Shown: in pieces, positions 37,483 through 50,849 of the stretch | How positions within the stretch are numbered: the stretch's first letter is position 1 | Layout of the letters: every line of letters begins with the position of its first letter | DNA from: Blasia pusilla | Lineage: Eukaryota | Assembly: GCA_050084515.1 (NCBI GenBank) | Contig: CM114271.1 | Location: 32,426,001 to 32,490,000 of the forward strand | Reading direction: 5' to 3' | DNA: 64,000 nt | Made by a program: the position numbers and the translations under genes | Notes under the pieces: model-generated | The model's database searches: none | Told to the model about the DNA's origin: nothing | Seen by the model: only the letters and a program-made list of their open reading frames with translations

Positions 37483-38377
37483 TTTAAAATAAAAAATGAA
37501 CTTATAAGAGCGACGAACGAACACAAAGGTGATATATACGCACTAATCATGCCCAAGCATCTTGATTTTATTTCATTTGGAAGTACATGTCCACCTCTAT
37601 TTAAAAAGAGAAAAAAGGACAGAATATTAATCTCTTATCTCGTCCTGCTGGGCGACCTTTCTAACGAATCATCATCACTCGTGTTATGGATGGCTTCTCG
37701 TCCTACCATTCTTGAGCTAGCCCTTGCCCTATTCCTATAGAAGCTTGTTTCTTTCCACGCTAAAAGACGGAGGGATTAATCACACAACATGTAGGAAACG
37801 AGGAAGAGGGAGGGAAGAAACAATCGTGGACAAAAGGGGCCATTGTGATTAAAAAGACAAGAATCCTTTGAAAAGTCCAAAGAAGAAAGAGGTCATCATA
37901 AGGGAATGAATCCGTCGACATGAGGAAGAAAGAAGGAAAGAAATAAAAGAATTTGTGGACAAAAGGGGCGATTTTAATAAAATAGGACAATAATCCTCGA
38001 GAAGTACAAGAAGAAAGAGGAATAGAAGAAGAGCATGAGAGCCCGTAAGACCGAACGCCCATCCTTACAGGTGGAGGTGGACGTCGGAGGACCGGTGATA
38101 CGACAGCTGGAAGGGAACGACAAATACTGACGTCGGGTTCGGATGGAACACCTAACGGAATCCACCTGTCCACACTGGAAACATCCCCCCCGCACCCCCC
38201 GTCCGTCCCGTTATTGAACCCGAACCAACAGACGCCCAAAAACCGGTCAGTGAAACAAACAACAAGAGTTCTCCCTCCACGTCGTTGCCGTTACACACTG
38301 ACACCTTTTGATCACAGAACACATGCCTCCGGAGTCACGTTAAACCACTCACTAACTCACTGAAATTGCTTGTAATC

Positions 38378-38722
38378 GAACGCTCTTACGTTACCACCTG
38401 CCATCCCCTTTCTGGTGTCGCAGCACCTTTAGACTACTTGCATGAGACAGGACCATTTTGCATTATCATTTCCATGGACCTGCCATCCAATTTCTGTTTT
38501 CGCGGGCCCTTCATATGAATTTCGTGTGACTGAAAACGCTCACGTTACCACCTTAAGTGGACCTGCCATAGAGTTTCTGGTCTCGCAACCCCTTTATGCG
38601 AATTACTTGTGAGTCAACCCTTTTGCCTTCCATGGACTTTGTGGTCTCATTTTCGTTTGTAGGACTTTCTTTCGCGTGACCGCTCTTACGGTACCCTTCA
38701 ATCCAATATCTGGTCTCCCAGC
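38378..38722. repeat. Degenerate array of five about 28-bp cores at 64-83 bp spacing
   Basis: Core cct(g/t)c(c/a)at....(t/a)t(c/g)tg(g/t)t.tc at about 38398, 38479, 38562, 38626 and 38695. Units 1, 3 and 5 are preceded by cgctc(tt)acg(t/g)tacc. Confidence 0.65.
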
Positions 38723-41700
38723 TATGCTATGCAAAAGCGCCAGCTGGAAAACATGTAGTGTCCGACGAAAAATGTAACTTGAGGAGCGTTGTACTGGTTA
38801 TGTATGCACACTAGTGGTGGAAAGTTGGACACATGAGCGAATTTGAATTACTCATCTATGGCGTGAAGGCTTTTGCGAGATGATTTTTCCTCGGGTTTGA
38901 GGTTGAAGTTGTTTATAGTTGAATAATATTCTTATATGCAATTCTATGAGACAGTTTAATGGGTTTTAACTATTTGGTGAAATTTCAATTGAAACTTAAT
39001 TCATGTGCTTTTTTCATGAAACAAAATTTTAACAAGTTGCTTCTAGTCTTCAAAATGAATTCAGCACATTTTTTATCAAAAATTTATTTCATCACTTTTT
39101 ACTATAAAATTTTAAACTAGAATGTCAAACTCTCCATTAAAAATATGCATCTACATTCAAAATTCAATAAAAATAAAAAAAATAGTTAATAAAATTACAA
39201 AATATTTTATGTTGGAATTTCCATTCAAAGCTATATCATTATTTAGGATACCACCTCATGCATGTTATGTGCTAACCAAAATAGTAATTCTAGAGGAAAA
39301 ATAAGATTCAATTTTCAAGAAGAAGGTGAAAGAAAGGGATTAATTTTAACCAAGAAAGGGCTTCATAAAGAAAAAGAAAGACAAGGCTTTGACATAAAAT
39401 TAAAGATGAATGAGGATGAGAGTGAAGGCTGTGGCTGGATAATTTTCTCAAGCGGGGGAAGAGAGAAAGGTATGGATTTTCAACAATAGAGCATTTTATT
39501 GGGCTTCTTTTAATCAATCTTCAATTTTTCATAGGAGAAGAAGATTAAGAGCTAGATAAGTCCCTCGATTTATCTAGAAAGAAATAAACACATAGACCAT
39601 CTCTTGAGATTCAAGGAAGACCCATTAATCACTAACCATTCCAAAGGAGAGAAGGAAAGAGTCTATTTTCATCTCCCCATCTTTATCAAGGTCAATATAT
39701 TCTCATGGGACTAGAATTATACAATATATATGGAGAGAGAGAAAACGTAAGAACGAGGCTTGTCCATTCTTCACATAAGGATCAAGACTAACATAAGTTT
39801 GTTCGAAGCATAGTATGAGAAAATCAAGAAGATTGCATAACCTTTTGTTTTATGAGGGGGAAGATATAGAGAATATAGATAGGTTCATATATTTCCTTTC
39901 ATCTCTACAAGGACAAAGATTAGTGAGTCCTCTCTAGCATACTCAAGAATGGCCCTCTAGCCCATTCCATTGCATGGACATGAAAGAACTAGTTTTTTGA
40001 AATTAGAATGTAATTTCACTATATTAATGAATCTAGATTATGACTATGTGAGGCATGAGATCACTTAAACCTAAATAAAAATAAATTGATATAGTTGTTG
40101 GGAATAATCTATCTAAATGCAAAGTTTAACTAAGTCCTTCATTAAGCACTTCAAAAAACAAATAATAATAGAAAGTTCAAGAACCATAAGTTAAAATACT
40201 CCTATCTATAATTTTAAATTATCATTAAGAAAGAGATCATTATTATTGATCTCTTGCAAGATTTTCCATGGGAATCTTACGACTAAAGGAAATAGACCCT
40301 TTGAGCACATATTACCTTAAGGCTAACATAGTGATCAAGTAGATTTTATAATCTCAATCAAATTATTATTCATAACTTAAAAATAACTATCACATCTCTG
40401 GACGAATTATCTACATTTGGTTTGGGAATTGAAAAAATAAACCATCAAAAGGTTTGCGGAATTAATTGTCAACTTGATCATGAGCTTTCCAAAATCTTAA
40501 CGACGTTGCCACTTTGGAAAGCTCTTAAGGTTTTAGTTTTTATTTTCTTCATGTATTATTTCACCAAGACTACTCAAATACTCAACTCCAAACGTAAATA
40601 ATAAACATCATTGCCATGGCTTTATCTCCATCTCTCTACAAATATTTTAATATATTCATTCAAAACAAAATCCCTACATGCTTTCAAATTTGATATTCTT
40701 TGATTTTGGAATATACTCCAAAATCAAAATTTGCTTACTTAGAGCTTATAACAACAGCCATGTGGTCACTATTTAGCGAAAAATAGGTGCAAATCTTGTC
40801 CTCGAGCTTCGGAGGCACTATCTCGAGGTTATGCCTACAAAGCATTGAGGATCCCCATGCTAGGGAAAAAACTTTTGAAGAGGCCGTATGGAAGACTTTG
40901 GTTTCCCTTCCATGATTTGAGGCAAGAGGATTCCCATGATCTTCTCTGGAGTTCTTTTGATTTGGATAATTTTATGGGTAGCTTGCAAAAATCTTATTGG
41001 AATTGGAAAATTATTGGTGGATGGAAAGAATCACCATCATAGCCTAGAAATTATCCATGGGCCCACTATTTGCCATCCCAAATCACTTTTTCTTACTATC
41101 ATCATTCACTTATATCACTTTTTGTTTATTTCGATTTATATGATGTTCTTAATAGAGGAAGTGTTTTTGATTTGTCAAAAGCTTTCTAATTTACATATGT
41201 CACTTGAAATTTACTAACATAAAACTTATTAGGGATATGCTTGTATTATGCACGGATTAATTCTTGGAACGGTAGTTTAATTTTGAGTAGCGGACAACTT
41301 GTCTTAATTGCCTATTACTTCTCGATCCCTCCTAATCCCTCCTTAGTTGAGACTATTTGGTTCATTTTAAATGGTATTGTTCCTTTAAATATCGACAATG
41401 AAAGAAAGTAAATGTTGTAATACATTGGCATTTTGTCTTTTATGGGCATTTGCATGTTGGATTAATAGTATAGGTAGATTTTGGAAATATGACTATTATA
41501 TGGAATAAGGTTCTTTTTTTTAGGGGCTATGTAAAGGTTTTCCTTGATGTGTTGAATGACTTTACAAATGAATAAAATTCATATTTATATTTGAAATACT
41601 AGAAAAGAATTTAAAATTGGCAGAAAGTTCCAAAAGAAAGCCTTAAAACCTCGAGCCTGGTTTTCATCATTAAATAAAAGCACATACTACATAGAATAAA

Positions 41701-43971
41701 AATGAATTGTTAGAATACATTTATTCTCCTCAAATAAAGACTCATACAATAAAATATATGTATAGATTCACTCGTACACCCGTAATGCCCTTATAAAATG
41801 AATGCTCTTCAATACAGAACTTAAGAATACCCCTTCCATATGACACATGTACACAGTTATAACCGGCATCTCTTAAGCCCTCTACATCATCGACAATAAA
41901 GACCCAAAAGTGCCGGTTTCCCAGCGACTTCCATGATTATTACGATCGATTGTGGGCAATATTATTGAATATTGCCCACAATCGAGATTCGAGTCGCCTT
42001 CTCAGGAGGGGGAGGACGAACGAATGAGAAGGGGGCCGAGGGCGAGTTCAACGGGTAGTCCATGGGACGGGAGGGATTCATTCATCAGCTTTTCCACGGG
42101 ACTGTACCCGGGGAGTTTTGAAACGATTTTCCCTTCTCCTTTTATGAGGCGTCTCAAATCTGCTATGGTCCTGGGGAAACCGACGTCACCCGTAAGTTGC
42201 ACATGTGTGTTTTTACTATTTCTTTCTTTCTTTTAATTAGATTTAATTGATGGAAAGAGGTTAGTCTTCCCATGACCCCCACGGAAGGTACCATGGGTTT
42301 CGGTCATGTGCGATAACCCCCAAGTAGGGTACCATGTATTTTTTGTTACAGCCGTTGTGGTAACATGAATTTAAAGTAATGGTCGTAGCGCCTGTTGAGT
42401 CGCCTTAACAAGGCGTGTCAAACCAATGCCCGTTAGCGATGAGTAGGTTCTTCAAGCATTTGTTTTCAGGTGTTTGCCACCCCTTAGGGCCTTATCCATG
42501 GTCGCGGTGACCCTCATTACTGCGACCAAAATAAATTATAATTGAATAATAGATAGAGACACATGTGTCCTTACTAACTAATTCCGGTTATAGGCAGGTT
42601 GAGGTCGCAAGGACGCTGGATCATTTATGTGCCCAAAAGTTTTGGGCGCAGAAAAATTGGCGACCCTGTAAGGTCGCCGCGACCGAGAGCCCATGGGATA
42701 ATGCCATTATTCGTCATTGTTCATTTGTTGCTAGAGTAGGAACTATCATGATGGCCCATAATCTCATGTTCGTTTTGACCTAAATGATGAACATTTTAGA
42801 ATGAATGAATGAAAGTGTGAAGCTCTTTATGAGAGATGAAAGTAGAACTCCCCTTTTCAAGTGAAACTCTCTTTTGTAGCAAAGTCCATTTTAGGATGTC
42901 ATGAGGTCAAATGATCCAATATAAATGTCATCAAATTGGTTGGACATAGACTTGGTTTCTTTTATGCGGGGTTGTGTTAGAAGAACTAATTAAATGTGGT
43001 AGATATTTTCCAACTCCACCACATCATGTTAGTATTGGTAGGTTTGATTGTTGGTAGGGAAACCATTGCCTTTCATATAACACTCTTTAAAATACAAACT
43101 ATTCTTCCCCATTTTTATTCTTACAATAGCCAATGACAAACTCCACGGGCTAGTGGGAAGTTCCCATTTTCTATTGATGTTGTTGGTTATGAGCCACCTT
43201 CGTTATTAATTAGCATGAATATGACTATTTTGGTTTTTTCTCATGTGGTTTCCATTAATACAAGTGATTTGTATACCTAGCATCTCATCATCGTCATGTT
43301 ATCTTACAAAAGTGGGTATTAATATTTTTTCTTTAAAATGTGATGTTATAATTATCTTAACACGTTTAGGAGAAAATTTTCGTTTAAATATCACCATGAG
43401 AGAAGAAATTTCAATCATGGATGCTTGATTTAATGAATTCATTATGCCCAAACAAACTCAAGATATGCCATCATAGATAAGAGGCCATTTAAAAATAAAA
43501 TCTAAATAGATCAAACTATCAACACATATAGGGTATTTCTCACACATGTCTCTTCTTGGAATTTAGATGGAAGCAACTAAAGGTAATTTCCAAAAAGGAA
43601 ACACATGTCCTAAACATGAACAAAAGGCGTGTGTTTCCCATCGTAACACATGTCATAGTAAATTAGTTAGTCATGTCTTACTAACTTAGAGCAAAAGAGT
43701 GTACCAATGGCGCTCATCATTAGTCCGTGCATGGGCATCCACTTATTTAGGATATGTGAAATAACCCCTTGGTATGTTTTTGTCATTTTTTTCTTATTCT
43801 TGTAGCCTAATCCAAAGCTACCTACCAACCATTTGACTTTTGTGAACTAGACCAATAGAGCATCTCTCCCAAAGCTAATGACTTGGGGAGTGAAATGACA
43901 CCTTGCTTTGGTTTGGTCTAACCACAACCATATTTCCGGTTGTGGATTTTTTCAAGACCTCATTCCCTATA

Positions 43972-44135
43972 TCTATATTATTATTGGAGAGTGTCTTGTT
44001 GATTTGTAAACACCTTTTGTTTAACATGTGGCAATCGAACAACAAAAAAATATTTTCTCCTCTGCGGGCAGCAAGAAAAATATTTTGTGGCCAATATGAT
44101 TAGTCCCTTCACTCCTTGGCAAGGCTGCCTACTAG
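43972..44135 (+). mobile_element. Mini Helitron-like element, about 164 bp
   Basis: 5' end A|TCTATATTATTATT; 3' end has a small hairpin CCTTGGCAAGG followed by CTAG|T. Confidence 0.4.
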
Positions 44136-47100
44136 TATGCAAAAATAGGAGATGTCAAAGACCTTCCCATAAAATAAATAGGAGTAAATGAAATTGGGAT
44201 CTCTTACAAGAAGGTGTCTACATATGTGCAACAATTTTGCCTAGGGAACAAGTTGGGTACTAGTGTTGGTTCAAGAATCCCGAAGGCCAATTCATCCGGA
44301 AGAAATGTTTTTTCCCCCATAGTTGAAAACGAGATGGTGGCATTCCTACCCAGGTGTCAAAAAGATCCGTCGACACCCGCATTCTCCCCTCCACTTCCTT
44401 ATGCTTCGCTGGACACATGGAGCGAAAGGCAAGGTGACTGGATATACCCGACGAGTAAGGCTGCAAGTTCAGTCAGTTAAATGCTGCCACCTATCGCACC
44501 ACGTCACTCGGGAAACATTCGTTTCTCCGTCGCCCGATGACTCATTCACCCACCCCGCGTGTGCGCGCGCGCGCGCGCTCTCAAGCAGTATCCGTCCGTC
44601 CGGCCGTCCGTCAGTCGCAATATGTGAACTTGTGAATCTCTTTGTTTGAGGCCTAGGAATCCGGGCTGTAGGTGTAGGCAACCTGCCCATGTTGTGATTG
44701 TTGAGGTGGAAGAGCAAGGAATGTGGCGCTTGCGTGTGTAGGTCTCGCTGCGGGAGCAGGAGGGGCGGCTTTTCATTGCTGCAGGACAGCGATCGCGATT
44801 CTTCCGGATAAGCACCAAGAGCCATCAGATCGCACGACGGACTGTGCTTTAATCCTCAGTTTCCTATTGCCTCCTGACGTCGAGAGATGGAGTGATGCTT
44901 TTGACACATCCTCGCCGAACAGTAACCTTACCCGTATCAGAGATCGCTGGCCAGTATGTCTCAATCATTAGTCATCTCTCTTCCTCGTGGGGCGTCTTTC
45001 TCTGTGAAATTGTAGATCGTAATCCCTTGTCGTCTGGATGTAAAGAGCAACTTCATCAAGATACAGGTTCCTGTGTGCGACAACGGTCGATTCACGGTTT
45101 TCCCTGGTGAGTCCTGTTTGAAATTTTCGGTAAACCGGCCGTTTCTTACTACTGTACTTCGGACTGACTGTCGAAGAACGAGTCTCGAAGGAGCGGTCCG
45201 GTACCATTTCGTTTCTGATGCGTTTATGGTGGTGGTCGCGGCAACCCTAACGGTCAACCGACTCTTGATGAGTCCTGCACTCCCTAGTTGTTCCTGTACT
45301 CACTTCTGGAGGTGCAGAGTTGGGGAACTAGGATTCGAGTTCGTCGTGTCAATGTCGACGATCAGGTGTAATTTGCAAACGCACATTTTACTCCGCTCCC
45401 TGCAACTCTACATTTTCGGGCATTCTTTCATTCACCCGATTGTACCGCATTACAGCTTCTGAGCACGATTGGAGAGCTTATCTCCAGCTCTTCGCGTTAA
45501 GCCGCTTCATGTTCAGGTTCAACAATACTATGAGCCCATGTCCGGTGGGGCCGTCCATCGACTAAGCAACGTCCCGTTGCAACCTATGGCCGAGAGAATC
45601 GTTCATCAAGTTGTGGGAATATTTGAGCTTTGCTTTCGAAACATGGGGACCTTGGGATTGCCAAACTTATGACGTACAACAATTCTGCCGCTTTCCCAAA
45701 GCCTTAATTACCACCGTCATAGACGGACACCTGAGTCTAGATAATGCTATCGATGCTCGGCCGGGTTTCCTTACTGACTGACAGTCATCAACAAGCGCCT
45801 GAGCGTCTCCACGATGAATCCGAACTCACCCGGTAATCCTTCGTTGTTTAGGGCTCTTCGCACCTATCAGATATCGTGTCCTAAGTGTCCCATTACGACA
45901 TCTTTCGGAGGCCGACGTTTTTCTCTTCCGTTCTTTATCCGATCCCAATGATCTTTGTCTTCATCGACCAATGGCTTGCTTCATTCATTTCATAGTGTGT
46001 GCACTTGCACTCTCAAATGCTATGAATGGACCCACACCCTCCGGCAAAGGGGAAACAAAACAACAACGTGTGAGGCTTTTGAGAGAGTGGGGGAGAAAGC
46101 AATTATCAAACATGTGTATAAGCTGGACACGTGGATAAGCTAGAGAACTTACATTCATAGGACACCCCTAAGACTACGTCCTCTGGTTCGTCTTTTGTCT
46201 TCTTCGGATGTTTCTCGCTGAAAAGAGGTATTTCTTCCGTCCCCCAACTGGTACTTGTTGTCCCGTCGAATGTTTAATGAGCATAAAGTGCTGCCCTAAC
46301 CAGAGAGGACATCGTCTATCCGCAGCTGGCCAATAAGTGGACTACGTCCTCGCTAGGAGTGCTCATTTCCCAAGTCTTGCAAGTGTACAAAGGATGAGGT
46401 GAGCAAGCGTCCACAGAGAGCCCATTTTCTTGCTGCCCTAAATATATGTTAAGAGATATGTTTGCAGGTCAAGAAGACATTCTTCTCCAAAAATAATGTA
46501 GATTAAAGAAATGAATCATGCCTAGAGCAAACGCGATAACGAGATATCAGCTAGTCTAAGTGCTTTCCGAAAAGGAAAAAAGCAAATATGGCATCATATT
46601 TGAGTAATATGTCTAAATAGGATGGAAAAGGCTTGTACCCTGACCTAAAGTGGTGGCTCACTCAAAAAGTAGGATAAATGTTCTTCATGCTAGGTTTAGG
46701 GGGGTAAGATTTGAGTAAGGATGCACACATTTTGCATTAGGAAAGAGGATGGTAAGGCTTACAAGTGTTGTTTTGTTTTCTTTGGCAATGTTTGAGACAG
46801 GGGAGGTATTTCTTGGGGCGATTCTCACTCAAGATTACTAGGGTTGTTTGGTTATTTTGGTTTATCTACATGTCTTTCATGATTGAGATGTGGGATATAT
46901 TATCTATTAGGGGGTGTCAAAGCTATCTTCGAGTGGGGCACTTTCCGTCCTAGGTAGATCCTCTTTTTATTATGTATTTTCTTTTAAATTTATCTGAAAT
47001 CTTTCTATCCTATATCGGAGAGTAAATTTCAAAGGAGAATGTGAATAAAGTTTTTTTTCCCCTTAAGTGACCCTCAATTTGTAGCATCAAGTTTTTCAAT

Positions 47101-50100
47101 TGTTAGATATCTTCCCAATTAAGTGTAAAGAACATTTAATCGGGAATATGGACATCGACTAATGGACCCTCCTTGAATATCAAGAGACGGTCTACATGTT
47201 TATTTCTTTCTAGATAGAGGGAGGGACCTTATGTAACTCTTTATCTTCTTCTCTTATGAAAAAATAAAGATTAAAAGAACCCTATTAAAATGGTCCATTG
47301 GGAACCCTTGATGAGTCTCAACAATATGTTTTTCGGGTTGAGGATTTATTTCCAATATCCCACAAGATTGGAGCCCTCTACTTTTGTAAAGTGCCATTAG
47401 CTTGGTATTCCGACAACCCATTTGAGGCATGCTAGGTCAGCTGATCAAATTCTTTTGCATTGTATGCTCCCATCCATCCTCTAAAATTTCTTTGAATATT
47501 AATCAAAAAGTAAATTTTTGGTCTTTTAGGACTTTGAGGATTTTATTGGGAACAAGTGATGCTTTATTGAGTGTCTCAAATGTCAACTTGACAATTAGCT
47601 ATCAACAATTTTAATGCTTATGTTGAATTATGCATGTGCACATCTTGATTGGGAAAGATTTGTCAACTAGCTTCTTGCTGAAGTCTATCTTAACATTGAA
47701 AAGTAATAGGTTTGTGATAACAAAATTTTGGATGAAACTAAAAATAGCAATTAAAAGGGTATAAGACTACTTGGAAACTCATAGGTCAAAACAAGTGTTC
47801 CCAATTACTCACTCTAAATATATCGTGGTCATAATGCAAAATAAGAGGGACCTTCTTTTCATTACCTATCCTCAAGAAACAAGGAGTTGTTTTGTACTCT
47901 GCTTTGTTTTGAGTGGCATTAAATCTCAAGTCCAATTCATAATGTCTTATCAGGTGTCTAAATTAAGATATTGGATTTTAAATCTAGATCTATCAAGAAA
48001 ATAGTGTTGGAATGTTATGCAATAATGACTCCTACACACCAAGTTGATATGAAGTTTGCTATATAAAGGTTTATCGAGACAATCTTTTAGGAAGAGCAAG
48101 AAGTGCTCAATTTATTGGTTGTGACAAAAACACGAAGCTTTTCAAAGGAGACTAAATCCAAAACTTAACAACGAGCCATAGCTTGAATGATCTATAAGTG
48201 GGAAGATCTAGAGGAATTTGAACATGCATGGCTCATGCTTGCAACCATATTTGTGCATGTGATGTTATTATGAGGGTACTTCTTTAGGAAATAAGAAAAA
48301 TCTTTGAAGTATATTGTTAAAGGATTTTTATTGTAAATTACTAGAAAGCATAAAATCTTAACCCATGACATAATCAAAACTTACAAACCTAAAATCAAGA
48401 TTAGAATTTTGGATAATTTAGGATAGAATTTAAGAGGATATAAAGTAAAGTGCTCTTGCACTAATTGAAGTGATGGTCCTAAATTTTTGTCAACAATATT
48501 TCTCAAGGAGTTAGGATGATATGATTAAAACTTGAATGTTTCCTTATATGTCAATGTGCAAATTGCAACAAAGTGGTAAATGTAACACAAGACAAGAACT
48601 CTACACGAAGTGTTTAAAGTAAAATGAATATCGCTCTATAGAGTACCAAATTTTGGGTCCTATAACAAGAAGATTGCATAGGGACATCTCTCTCCTATGG
48701 ACAAACTTGTATATAAGAGACTTTTTCCTGCCAAAATTTTATTTCCCGATTCCAACCCCTACATGGACCCCCTTCCCGATTGTCTCCTTATCCTTAATCC
48801 CCTTCTTGCCACAATCCCCTGCTCCTCACATGTATCTACTCATACTCTCTGGCTTCAAATCCCCCACCACCCCATCTTGCCTTGGCCAAGTCCACCCCTT
48901 TTCTCTCGCTTCCACCATGCTTGCTCTACCATACCCCATGCATCATGCCCCTCACCCAGTGACTTATGCAAGGATAACAAGGGTATAGAAAATTCTTGTA
49001 GGTAAAGGGGGGGGGAGGGGGGAAAGGGACATTCGCAGGCATGTGTGTTCGGGCTCAACCATTTTATGTGCAAGGTGGCATTTTCGCTCGAACCTCCTAT
49101 ATGCAAGATACTATTTTCCTTGAAACATGTGGATGAAATAGAGAGAAAAATATTTCATAGTTTTCTAGCAAACAAAAAGTTTGTGCATCTTAGAGATTGT
49201 TAGGTATGAGAGTAAACATTTATAATTTGGTTTGGAAATGGATACCATTCAGATGTTTGTAAAAACAATGACTCTATTCTAAGAAATAATTTGTGACCAT
49301 AGTATGAAATTCGTGGGGGAATTCATTATAAGATGAAAGCACAACACACAAAATGAGTGGAAAAATAAATTAAAACCCTAATTCTACTGTATGTATGGCA
49401 TAATTACTATACGCATATCATGGTATTTCTGGAAATTAAGAATTAAGAATGGTAAACATGTTACTCTTAGGCGTGTACAAATATTTTCATAAATGTTCTC
49501 AATTGACATGTTCTTACCACAATCACCACTCGTATTTTATAGTCTCCAACTTGGAGCATGCATACTTTTCCACTCAACCACATTGTAAATCTTCATTTTT
49601 TATTTTAGGTAACATGTCTCATGTTAAGCTATAACACTATCACTCGTATCCAAAGGTTTCACACTTGTAAGATTTTCCGTGAAAAAAATCATCCAAAATG
49701 GATGTTGAGAATATATGACTCTGGTAACATGTGTCTTACTCAGTCGACGAAAGTTTAATTTCAAATTTCTCTTTCTTGGATGTCATGTCCACTTCATATT
49801 TCTAGATTTCCCATTTACATTTCCTCTCCTCCATCGCCCTCTATCCCTCCACCCTCGAGCACAATGCGACTCACATACACTAAGTACCCAACGAAAATAA
49901 GCTTGACATCCTCCCCCGTAAAAAGTTGTAAAGCTTCTCCCACCAACATAAGCAAACACTCTTCATGGCCCCTCCAGACACTCCTCTTCTTTTCTCCTCT
50001 CCATCTAGGCTATCCACGTGTCTTCCACATATGTTTACTGATTACTTTATCCGTAAACCCAATATTTTACATCAAATCTTGAAAAATCCTTGGATCCCCG

Positions 50101-50849
50101 TCTTCAACTTCCTATGCGTTCCCCATCTCCTTTTATTGCACATCCCTTTCTATGACTCCATACGCATCACCAAGTCCCAAGGCAGATCCCTACAACCTCG
50201 AAAGTAGGAAGGCCTCATAACCATTGCCACCCCCTTATCGCAACTTAAATCTCCAAGAAGAAGATCTCACAAGTCTAAGAACCAGTCCAAGAGGGAGAAA
50301 AAAGAGGGCACAAGGTGCTCACACGCTGCAGGGGTGGGCCCCGGTGGCGGGTGGTGCTACGACAGCGTGGAGTCGGTCTTAGAAGGCAGACTACACGTAG
50401 GCAGGTGCTTGACTTTAGTCGGTTTATTCGGCCTCCGGCCGCGTGCTTAAAGGACCTACAGGATGGGAGTGGGGAGGGGGGCGACTTGGCCCGTCCTGAG
50501 TCCCGAGTCCTACCTTGCGCATAGGAGTCAGGAAAGCGCAACCAGAGTTGAACAGACCCGTCAACGACGGAGAAGGGTACTTTCATTATTAGGAGCGTTC
50601 GGAGAAGCGTCGGATGGAATCTGACCTCGAGTCTTGCCCCGGTTAAGAGTTGACTCACGCATTCTTTGCATTCATGGATGCACCTAGTAGTTGGAAAATT
50701 GTGAAATGCACCACGAAAGCTTAGTCCAGAATTTTTATTTTATTTTTTAATTTGTATGGGAGGAGTGCCTTGCATGGCGACAGATGTATGCTTTAGGCCT
50801 TGCATGAACCATTTCCTTTCTTTGCTACTAGTGTCTCTTTAAATGATAT

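Noticed and set aside
38378-38722. CRISPR array
   Set aside because: The repeats are too degenerate, the spacers are partly related to each other, no cas genes are present, and the context is eukaryotic.
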